A stretch of 32,000 nucleotides of DNA from Mycobacterium tuberculosis H37Rv. Its GTDB lineage: Bacteria > Actinomycetota > Actinomycetes > Mycobacteriales > Mycobacteriaceae. The notes beneath the pieces were generated by a model, which saw only the letters and a list, made by a program, of their open reading frames with translations, had not been told where the DNA came from and searched no databases. The translations under genes and the position numbers were made by a program. The stretch lies in assembly GCF_000195955.2 (NCBI RefSeq), contig NC_000962.3:870001-902000 (forward strand), read 5' to 3'. This document shows, piece by piece, positions 20,334-32,000 of the stretch (positions are counted from its first letter, which is position 1; each line of letters opens with the position of its first letter).

Positions 20334-20375
20334 GGTCTCAGATCAGAGAGTCTCCGGACTCACCGGGGCGGTTCA

Positions 20376-20379
20376 GAGG
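20376..20379. repeat. Right copy of 4-bp target-site duplication GAGG of IS6110
   Basis: GAGG directly after the right IR. Confidence 0.9.
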
Positions 20380-20387
20380 CAACCACC

Positions 20388-21482
20388 ATGGTTGTTGTTG
20401 GAACCGATGCGCACAAGTACAGCCACACCTTTGTGGCCACCGACGAAGTGGGTCGCCAACTCGGTGAGAAGACCGTCAAGGCCACCACGGCCGGGCACGC
20501 CACAGCCATCATGTGGGCCCGTGAACAGTTCGGCCTCGAGCTGATCTGGGGCATCGAGGACTGCCGCAACATGTCGGCGCGTCTGGAGCGTGACCTACTG
20601 GCGGCCGGCCAGCAGGTGGTGCGGGTACCCACCAAGCTGATGGCCCAGACCCGCAAGTCGGCGCGCAGTCGGGGCAAGTCGGATCCGATCGATGCGCTGG
20701 CGGTGGCGCGGGCGGTGATGCGTGAAACCGACCTACCCCTGGCCACCCACGACGAGACGTCGCGGGAGTTGAAGTTGTTGACTGACCGTCGAGATGTCCT
20801 TGTGGCCCAACGCACGTCGGCGATCAACCGGTTGCGCTGGCTCGTCCATGAACTCGATCCCGAGCGGGCACCGGCAGCACGCTCGCTCGATGCCGCCAAG
20901 CACCAGCAGGCCCTGCGGACCTGGCTGGACACCCAGCCAGGATTGGTCGCCGAACTCGCGCGCGCCGAGCTGACCGACATCATCCGGCTCACCGGCGAGA
21001 TCAACACCCTAGCCCAGCGCATCAGCGCCCGAGTCCACCAGGTCGCCCCCGCACTGCTGGAAATCCCTGGCTGCGCGGAGCTGACTGCAGCCAAAATCGT
21101 CGGCGAAGCCGCCGGAGTGACCCGGTTCAAAAGCGAAGCCGCCTTCGCCTGCCATGCCGCAGTGGCTCCCATCCCGGTGTGGTCGGGCAACACCGCCGGC
21201 CAGATGCGGCTCAGCCGCTCGGGCAACCGCCAGCTCAACGCCGCCCTACACCGCATCGCACTGACCCAAATCCGGATGACCGACAGCCGGGGCCAGGCCT
21301 ACTACCAAAGGCTGCAAGACGCCGGGAAAACCAAACGCGCAGCACTACGCTGCCTCAAACGCCGCCTAGCCCGCACCGTCTTCCAGGCCCTGCGCACCGT
21401 CCACCAGCCCAGCTCCGAACACACCCAACCCGCGGCCGCTTGCCATAGGAGCTATTGCTCGCGCTCGTGCCTTAGTGGCTGA
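20388..21482 (+). CDS. IS1547 IS110-family DEDD/serine recombinase
   Basis: 'VVGTDAHKYSH' RuvC-like N-domain, 'KSDPIDALAVARA', and C-terminal Transposase_20-type 'IVGEAAGVTRFKSEAAFACHAAVAPIPVWSGNTAGQMRLSRSGNRQLNAALHRIAL' with catalytic-type Ser. Confidence 0.93.
   Translation: MVVVGTDAHKYSHTFVATDEVGRQLGEKTVKATTAGHATAIMWAREQFGLELIWGIEDCRNMSARLERDLLAAGQQVVRVPTKLMAQTRKSARSRGKSDPIDALAVARAVMRETDLPLATHDETSRELKLLTDRRDVLVAQRTSAINRLRWLVHELDPERAPAARSLDAAKHQQALRTWLDTQPGLVAELARAELTDIIRLTGEINTLAQRISARVHQVAPALLEIPGCAELTAAKIVGEAAGVTRFKSEAAFACHAAVAPIPVWSGNTAGQMRLSRSGNRQLNAALHRIALTQIRMTDSRGQAYYQRLQDAGKTKRAALRCLKRRLARTVFQALRTVHQPSSEHTQPAAACHRSYCSRSCLSG
21434..21465. repeat. 32-nt dispersed repeat, copy B, at IS1547 right end
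   Basis: GGCCGCTTGCCATAGGAGCTATTGCTCGCGCT, same orientation as copy A with one substitution. Confidence 0.95.
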
Positions 21483-22269
21483 GCGCGACCGACGCCTCGG
21501 CGGTGTAGCAAAGGAACGTCAGCGTCTCCTGCAGGTAGAGGCGCACGGTGTCCGTGTCGTGGCTGGCGTACCCGATTGCAACGTCGGTGCCCAGCTGTAG
21601 GTCGAAGTCGCCGCCTCGAGTGGTCAGCACGAACGCGCCGTCGATGGCCGGGGCCCAAATGATGTCCCCGTCCACCAGCCGGTTCAGATGCTCACGGATG
21701 GGATAGCCGTGATCGGAAGTCTCGCTAACCTTGGTGTAGACGTCAGCAGAGAGCAACACCGAATACGGTCCGTCCACACCGGCCAACCGCAGTTCGGACA
21801 ATGCCTGGGAGATGACATCAGGGATTTCACGGGGATCCTCGGGCAACGTCAGCGCCGGGTTCGAACTCGCGCTGCGGATCCCTTCGATTGATGCGGCGCT
21901 GTAGCCTTCGAATATTGTGCGGTCCTCGACGAAGGCCAGCTTCTTGGCCGCCTCCTTTACCGGTTCCCAATCGGAGTCCTTAGAGCCACGTTCCACGTCG
22001 TCGATCTCGTTGCGCGACAGGGTAAACGGAACCCGTAGCCGGACAAGGGGTTTGCTGGCCCGCAGGTGGGCGATCACGCCGTTGGTTGGTGCCTTAACAT
22101 CGATCAGCCGGCCGGTGCTGACCGCCGCGGTGACGGGCCCCCCGGGATCACTGACATCGACCACCCGGCGCCCGGCGATGTGTCGCTTGAACGTCCGCGC
22201 CGCCTCCAATTCGATTTCCGCCCAAGCGGCTTCGGTGACCGGTGCCAAATCGCGGTAGAGATTGTTCAT
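21472..22269 (-). CDS. cfp29: Encapsulin nanocompartment shell protein
   Basis: 265 aa HK97-fold encapsulin: 'MNNLYRDLAPVTEAAWAEIELEAARTFKRHIAGRRVVDVSDPGG...TDVAIGYASHDTDTVRLYLQETLTF'. Confidence 0.95.
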   Translation of the reverse strand: MNNLYRDLAPVTEAAWAEIELEAARTFKRHIAGRRVVDVSDPGGPVTAAVSTGRLIDVKAPTNGVIAHLRASKPLVRLRVPFTLSRNEIDDVERGSKDSDWEPVKEAAKKLAFVEDRTIFEGYSAASIEGIRSASSNPALTLPEDPREIPDVISQALSELRLAGVDGPYSVLLSADVYTKVSETSDHGYPIREHLNRLVDGDIIWAPAIDGAFVLTTRGGDFDLQLGTDVAIGYASHDTDTVRLYLQETLTFLCYTAEASVALSH

Positions 22270-23273
22270 CGGGGGCTTCCTTTCAAGCTGCCGATCGATA
22301 GCGACCCGGCTGCCAGAGTTGGCGTCGCCGCCTGCGGTAGGGGCGGTGGATGGTCGAGAAAGTCGATGGTGGGTGAGAAGAACAGTCCGCCGGTCACCGC
22401 GGTGGAAAAGTCAAGCACTCGATCGGTGTTGCCTGCCGGATCGCCGAGAAACATGTTGCGCAGCATCTGCTCGGTCACCGTTGGCGTGCGCGAATATCCG
22501 ATGAAGTAAGTGCCGTACTCGCCCTTGCCGACTTCGCCGAACGGCATGTTGTGTCGCACGATCTTGCGCTCGGTGCCGTCGTCGTCGGTGATGACGTTGA
22601 GCGCTACGTGTGAATTGGCTGGCTTCGCGTTGTCGTCGAGTTCGATGTCGTCGAGCTTGGTCCGGCCGATCACACGCTCCTGCTCGGTGACCGAGAGGGA
22701 TTCCCACGAGGCCATATCGTGCACATACTTCTGCACGTGCACATAACACGAGCCGGCGAAATTTCGATCCTCGTCACCGATCGTGGTGGCCTTGATGGCG
22801 ATTGGGCCACTTGGGTTTTCGGTGCCATCGACAAAGCCCAGCAGATCACGGTTGTCGAAAAACCGGAAGCCGTGCACTTCGTCGACAACGGTCACCGCAT
22901 CGCCCATCGACTTGAGAATGCGGCCAGCCAACTCGAAGCACACGTCCATGGTCTCGGCCCGGATGTGGAACAACAGATCGCCGGGAGTTGCCGGGGCGGT
23001 ATGCCGTGGTCCGGTCAGCTCGACGAACGGATGCAGCTCGGTGGGTCGAGGTCCGGCGAACAAGCGGTCCCAGGCGTCGGACCCGATCGAGACGACCACG
23101 GACAAGTGTTTGGTCGGGTCACGGAAGCCGATCGCACGCACCAGGCCGGAGATCTTCGACAGTGCGTCGTGCACCGTCGCCTCGCCGTCGGCGCCGATGG
23201 TGGCGACCAGGAAGATCGCGGCCGGAGTCAACGGCGCCAGAATCGGCTGCGGAGAGACAGCAGGCACAGCCAC
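22266..23273 (-). CDS. dyp: DyP-type heme peroxidase, encapsulin cargo
   Basis: 'VDGTENPSG' (GxxDG-type) motif, proximal heme His region 'RHNMPFGEVGKGEYGTYFIGYSR', and C-terminal 'GSLSIGSLKGSPR' cargo-loading peptide. Stop overlaps encapsulin start by 4 nt. Confidence 0.95.
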   Translation of the reverse strand: MAVPAVSPQPILAPLTPAAIFLVATIGADGEATVHDALSKISGLVRAIGFRDPTKHLSVVVSIGSDAWDRLFAGPRPTELHPFVELTGPRHTAPATPGDLLFHIRAETMDVCFELAGRILKSMGDAVTVVDEVHGFRFFDNRDLLGFVDGTENPSGPIAIKATTIGDEDRNFAGSCYVHVQKYVHDMASWESLSVTEQERVIGRTKLDDIELDDNAKPANSHVALNVITDDDGTERKIVRHNMPFGEVGKGEYGTYFIGYSRTPTVTEQMLRNMFLGDPAGNTDRVLDFSTAVTGGLFFSPTIDFLDHPPPLPQAATPTLAAGSLSIGSLKGSPR

Positions 23274-23317
23274 GACCCTAACGTCCCTGCAATACCGGTG
23301 ATGCTAGACATGGCTAC

Positions 23318-24619
23318 ATGGCGGCCACGGCACACGGCCTGTGCGAATTCATCGACGCGTCCCCGTCGCCGTTTCACGTCTGCGCGACGGTGGCGGGACG
23401 GCTGCTCGGCGCCGGATACCGCGAGCTGCGCGAAGCGGATCGCTGGCCGGACAAACCGGGCCGGTACTTCACCGTCCGGGCTGGCTCGCTGGTGGCGTGG
23501 AACGCCGAGCAGAGCGGGCACACGCAGGTCCCATTCCGGATCGTCGGCGCGCACACCGACAGCCCCAATCTGCGGGTCAAGCAGCATCCGGACAGGCTCG
23601 TCGCCGGCTGGCACGTGGTGGCGCTGCAACCGTATGGGGGAGTTTGGCTGCACTCCTGGCTGGATCGCGATCTGGGCATCAGCGGGCGGCTATCGGTGCG
23701 TGACGGTACCGGGGTCAGCCACCGGCTGGTCCTGATCGACGACCCGATCCTGCGGGTGCCGCAGCTGGCGATTCACCTGGCCGAGGACCGCAAGTCGCTC
23801 ACGCTCGATCCGCAACGACACATCAACGCTGTATGGGGCGTGGGAGAGCGGGTGGAGTCCTTTGTGGGGTACGTCGCTCAGCGCGCCGGGGTGGCGGCGG
23901 CCGACGTGCTGGCCGCGGACCTGATGACCCATGACTTGACCCCGTCGGCGCTGATCGGCGCTTCGGTCAACGGCACTGCCAGCCTGCTCAGCGCGCCGCG
24001 GCTGGACAACCAGGCCAGTTGCTATGCCGGGATGGAGGCACTGCTGGCCGTGGACGTGGACTCGGCGTCGAGCGGATTCGTGCCCGTGCTGGCGATTTTC
24101 GACCACGAGGAGGTGGGATCGGCCTCGGGCCACGGCGCACAGTCCGATCTGCTATCCAGCGTGCTCGAACGCATCGTGCTCGCGGCGGGCGGCACCCGGG
24201 AGGACTTCCTGCGCCGACTGACCACCTCGATGCTCGCCTCGGCCGACATGGCGCATGCGACGCACCCCAACTACCCGGACCGTCACGAGCCGAGCCACCC
24301 GATCGAAGTCAACGCGGGTCCGGTGCTCAAGGTGCACCCAAATCTGCGCTACGCCACCGACGGACGCACCGCGGCGGCGTTCGCACTGGCCTGCCAGCGC
24401 GCGGGAGTGCCTATGCAGCGTTACGAACATCGCGCCGATCTGCCGTGCGGGTCGACGATCGGGCCGTTGGCCGCGGCGCGCACCGGAATCCCCACGGTCG
24501 ACGTCGGCGCCGCCCAGCTGGCGATGCACTCCGCGCGAGAGTTGATGGGCGCTCACGACGTAGCCGCCTATTCGGCGGCACTGCAAGCGTTTCTTTCCGC
24601 CGAGCTATCCGAGGCATAG
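23318..24619 (+). CDS. pepC: M18 family aminopeptidase
   Basis: '[17 protein letters not shown]', '[16 protein letters not shown]', '[20 protein letters not shown]'-like sequence. Confidence 0.92.
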   Translation: MAATAHGLCEFIDASPSPFHVCATVAGRLLGAGYRELREADRWPDKPGRYFTVRAGSLVAWNAEQSGHTQVPFRIVGAHTDSPNLRVKQHPDRLVAGWHVVALQPYGGVWLHSWLDRDLGISGRLSVRDGTGVSHRLVLIDDPILRVPQLAIHLAEDRKSLTLDPQRHINAVWGVGERVESFVGYVAQRAGVAAADVLAADLMTHDLTPSALIGASVNGTASLLSAPRLDNQASCYAGMEALLAVDVDSASSGFVPVLAIFDHEEVGSASGHGAQSDLLSSVLERIVLAAGGTREDFLRRLTTSMLASADMAHATHPNYPDRHEPSHPIEVNAGPVLKVHPNLRYATDGRTAAAFALACQRAGVPMQRYEHRADLPCGSTIGPLAAARTGIPTVDVGAAQLAMHSARELMGAHDVAAYSAALQAFLSAELSEA

Positions 24620-24630
24620 GGTCGGGCGGT

Positions 24631-25763
<1,133 letters not shown>

Positions 25764-25771
25764 CTAGCTAG

Positions 25772-28710
<2,939 letters not shown>

Positions 28711-28830
28711 TCGCGGGGTCGGGCCCCTGGTGATCGTGGAACGGCTCACAACAGCGCGGACCTGGTCGGCGGCGCCGCTATACTGATTGGTCACTGTCTA
28801 ACCAATCAATGGAGAGGGTTGGCACCTCAG

Positions 28831-29787
28831 GTGCATAGACTTAGGGCCGCGGAGCATCCGCGGCCGGATTACGTTCTCTTACATATCAGCGACACTCATC
28901 TCATCGGGGGGGATCGTCGGCTCTACGGGGCGGTGGACGCCGACGACCGGCTGGGCGAACTGCTCGAACAGTTGAACCAATCCGGCCTTCGTCCCGATGC
29001 GATCGTCTTCACCGGCGATTTGGCCGATAAGGGCGAACCGGCGGCATACCGCAAGCTCCGAGGCCTGGTCGAGCCGTTCGCGGCGCAGTTGGGCGCCGAG
29101 CTCGTCTGGGTGATGGGTAACCACGACGACCGGGCCGAACTACGCAAATTCTTGCTGGACGAAGCGCCATCGATGGCGCCGCTAGACCGGGTGTGCATGA
29201 TCGACGGTCTGCGCATCATCGTGTTGGATACCTCGGTACCCGGACATCATCACGGCGAAATCCGCGCGTCCCAATTGGGTTGGCTTGCTGAAGAGTTGGC
29301 CACGCCAGCGCCGGACGGCACCATTTTGGCGTTGCATCATCCGCCGATTCCGAGTGTTTTGGATATGGCCGTCACGGTGGAGCTGCGCGACCAGGCTGCG
29401 CTTGGGCGAGTGCTGCGGGGCACTGACGTTCGCGCCATTTTGGCCGGGCACCTGCACTACTCGACGAATGCCACCTTCGTCGGGATCCCAGTGTCGGTTG
29501 CCTCGGCGACTTGCTACACCCAGGACCTGACCGTCGCTGCTGGAGGAACGCGTGGCAGAGACGGCGCCCAAGGTTGCAACCTGGTGCACGTCTATCCGGA
29601 CACCGTCGTGCATTCGGTGATTCCGCTGGGCGGCGGAGAAACGGTCGGCACCTTTGTCTCACCCGGGCAGGCGCGACGCAAAATCGCCGAGAGCGGCATT
29701 TTCATCGAACCGTCGCGTCGCGATTCGCTATTCAAGCACCCTCCGATGGTGCTGACGTCCTCGGCACCGCGAAGTCCCGTCGACTGA
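28831..29787 (+). CDS. Class III cyclic nucleotide phosphodiesterase (metallophosphoesterase)
   Basis: 'HISDTHL', 'GDLAD', 'GNHDD', 'LHHPPI', 'AGHLHYS' metal-binding blocks. GTG start at 28831 ([10 protein letters not shown]). Confidence 0.93.
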
Positions 29788-31330
29788 CGTCCGCGGCGAT
29801 CTTCTCCCAGGGAGCCGGTATCGGGAAATAGCGCTCCAGGAAACTGACGACTCGTTCTGCGCGCTGCGCTGCGGGGACTTCAGGAAAGCTACCGTCGTTG
29901 AGGCAGAAGAAATCGTATCCGCGGTGCTTCCGCAACTTAGGAAGTAGCCGAAGACCCGCATAGCTGGTGGTGTCGACATAGAGGACTTTAGCCTTTTCCT
30001 GCGGGACGGCGCGTCCGGTCATCAGCGCGTAATAGTGGTAGAACGAGTTGGTCACCGAGATGTCGGTGTCGGAGCGGAACGGGCTGGCCGCGGTGCGGGC
30101 GAATTCCTCCGGGAATTCCCGCTCCATCTCGATCAGCACACTCTTGCGCAACGGTACCGCGGTGTGCTCGAGATGACGGGTAATCACCTGCCCGAACCGG
30201 TCGAAGAGCAGCTGCCGGTTTACCCGGGCCGCGTTTTCAAAGCCACTACGCGCTGGGTTGTTGGCGCCGAGCCCGATCCGGGTCTTGGCTTCGATGAACC
30301 TGGTGACTCCACCGGGAGAGAAGAACATACTGGCCTTGAGCGGCCGGCCGAAGAACATGTCGTCGTTGGAGTACAAGAAGTGCTCGCTGAGCCCCGGGAT
30401 GTGGTGCAGCTGGCTCTCCACCGCATGCGAGTTATAGGTCGGCAACGCGGAACGGTCGGAAAAGTGGTCCTCGGCGCGAACGATGGTGATTTTAGGATGT
30501 TCGGCCAACCATGGCGGCGGGGTTGAATCCGTCGCGATGAAGATGCGACGTATCCACGGAGCAAACATGTTCACCGACCGCAGCGCGTATTTCAACTCGT
30601 CGATTTGGCGGATCCGCGCTTCGGCGTCGTCGCCCTCGCCCACCACGTACTGCGACATTTGAGCCATGCGGCGCGCCCGGAACTCGGGGTCACTACCGTC
30701 CACCCAGGAGAACACCATGTCTATGTCGAACACGACGTCGCTGGCGTGCGGGGCAAACATCCCGTCAAGGGTCGGCCATTTGTACCCGTAGAGTTTGACA
30801 TTTGTCGGCGTTATTTCGTTTCGGGGCAGCACTTTGCGGCTAAGCGAGTTTTCGACAGGGCAGCGGATCACCGTCTCCTCGTATACCCAGAATTGCAGTT
30901 CCACACCGAACGCCGGGCCGTAGCGAAATCCGCCCGGCGCGATCCGGCGTCGATACAACCGCACGACACGCGGGTCAACCAGCTGCGACAGCCCGTCGGT
31001 GGCGACCAAAACAGGAGAAAGGCCAGGCTCATCAATAGTTTTGGCGTACATCGGTTCGGTTGCACATGCGGCCGCAAGAGCGCGCTCGAGGCCGGCACGT
31101 AGTTCGATGTTGATGGCAAGCACCGGCCGGTTCTTGTGGTTTCGGATCAGTAGATAGGGAATATCAGCCCTGTTTAACACCTTTCGCAGAAAGACCAGAT
31201 CTTCGATCTGGGCCTCCTGGGGGGTCAGGCCGGATTCCAGGCGGGCGATCTTGCCGCGCCGGGTAACGATGATGGGATTCACGGTGCGCTGAGCGGGCCG
31301 ACCGCCGTCGCGCGAAGAGATTTTGGGCAT
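29732..31330 (-). CDS. cpsY: Stealth-family sugar-phosphate transferase (capsule-type)
   Basis: CR1 '[15 protein letters not shown]', CR2 '[32 protein letters not shown]', '[13 protein letters not shown]'. Confidence 0.9.
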
Positions 31331-31634
31331 CGGGTCACCGCCTTGGGAACTCAGGGAGAAATGATTAGGTCACCGAAAGAATCTCACAGATCGCGGGTCG
31401 GCGCAGGTTGACCGCGCTGGCGCGGGGTCCATACAGAATTGTGCGGTCAAGGCGATAACTCTTGCAAGACACCAGATCTAGCGATCTAAGAACATCGGCC
31501 GGAAACCTGGTTGTTGCGGCCGCGCCATGTCAAGTTCAGTTCGGAACTGGGCTCGCATACAACCCGATCCCAGTCTCAGCAGCGGCGCTTGGCCGCCATC
31601 TGGATGGATCCACCGATTCTTGAGACCCTAAGGT

Positions 31635-32000
31635 ATGAGCGCTCGTGATCGAGTCGATCCGGCGAAGACTCGGCAGGTCGTGTTGGCCCTCGCGGACTGG
31701 TTGCGCGACGAAACGTTGCCAGCACCCGACACCGACGTGTTGGCGGCGGCGGTTCGGCTTACGGCGCGCACGCTCGCTGCGCTGGCCCCTGGCGCCAGCG
31801 TCGAAGTCCGGATCCCACCGTTTGCTGCGGTGCAGTGCATTTCTGGGCCCCGGCACACTCGCGGCACACCCCCCAACGTCGTGCAGACCGACCCACGGAC
31901 CTGGCTCCTGGTGGCTACCGGGCTGTCGGGGGTGGCGCAGGCCCGGGGCAGTGGCGCGCTGCAGCTCTCCGGCTCGCGGGCCGGTGAGATCGAGGCCTGG
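31635..32000 (+). CDS. Sterol-carrier-family-like protein, 5' part (runs off window)
   Basis: Open frame from ATG 31635: 'MSARDRVDPAKTRQVVLALADWLRDETLPAPDTDVLAAAVRLTARTLAALAPGASVEVRIPPFAAVQCISGPRHTRGTPPNVVQTDPRTWLLVATG...'. Confidence 0.75.
   Translation, partial: MSARDRVDPAKTRQVVLALADWLRDETLPAPDTDVLAAAVRLTARTLAALAPGASVEVRIPPFAAVQCISGPRHTRGTPPNVVQTDPRTWLLVATGLSGVAQARGSGALQLSGSRAGEIEAW

Larger units (their letters stand above)
19021..20375 (+). mobile_element. IS6110 (IS3 family), complete, 1355 bp
   Basis: Left IR TGAACCGCCCCGGCATGTCCGGAGACTC at 19021; right IR GAGTCTCCGGACTCACCGGGGCGGTTCA ending at 20375. Length is exactly 1355 bp and both orfs are intact. Confidence 0.98.
18760..21466 (+). 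mobile_element. IS1547 (IS110 family, IS900 group), interrupted by IS6110; ends approximate
   Basis: DEDD/Ser recombinase ORF 20388..21482 plus a noncoding upstream segment (about 18.76-19.02 kb) cut off by IS6110. Ends were estimated from gene limits and recalled element size; no terminal inverted repeats are expected. Confidence 0.6.

Noticed and set aside
19017-20379. 3-bp target duplication for IS6110
   Set aside because: The flanking 3-mers read from the ends (AGG left, GAG right) do not match; a 4-bp duplication GAGG fits exactly and is within the usual 3-4 bp range.
20360-21256. 298-aa minus-strand ORF antisense to IS1547 recombinase
   Set aside because: Ser/Arg/Ala-rich shadow of the DEDD recombinase ORF; starts in the IS6110 terminus.
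21472-23273. Encapsulin-DyP locus as a previously undescribed system
   Set aside because: Recognisable known nanocompartment (Cfp29/DyP); only its insertion-element context is noted.

Overview
The gene order and protein sequences identify this window as Mycobacterium tuberculosis complex chromosome. It appears to match the H37Rv Rv0777-Rv0807 region; that assignment is from memory and was not searched. Contents, start to end: purB, a P450 (cyp126), a membrane protein, purC, a frameshifted oligopeptidase B (ptrBa/ptrBb), an MFS DHA2 efflux pump (emrB), a DUF2334-like protein, a FAD dehydrogenase, an MBL-fold protein, a secreted protein, purS, purQ, an operon of GntR regulator, LLM oxidoreductase and transglutaminase-like protein with a divergent ABM monooxygenase, a flavoprotein disulfide reductase (lpdB), a complete IS6110 nested in an IS110/IS900-family element (IS1547), encapsulin plus DyP peroxidase, an M18 peptidase, a VOC protein, a GNAT protein, purL, a CPBP protease, the Rv0805-type phosphodiesterase, a Stealth-family phosphotransferase (cpsY), and the start of a sterol-carrier-like gene. 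The points most worth a second look are: (1) IS6110 sits exactly in the Shine-Dalgarno of the IS110-family recombinase, with a GAGG target duplication, separating the ORF from its 5' noncoding region, which is the candidate bridge-RNA locus; (2) a 32-nt near-perfect repeat (31/32) lies at the IS1547 right end and, about 10.4 kb away, between two unrelated convergent genes; (3) a perfect 9-6-9 palindrome overlaps the start codon of the GntR gene; (4) decayed DoxX-like and TetR-like gene remnants lie between ptrBb and emrB; (5) an uncharacterised-looking translationally coupled GntR/LLM/transglutaminase-like operon. The encapsulin/DyP nanocompartment is real but already known.
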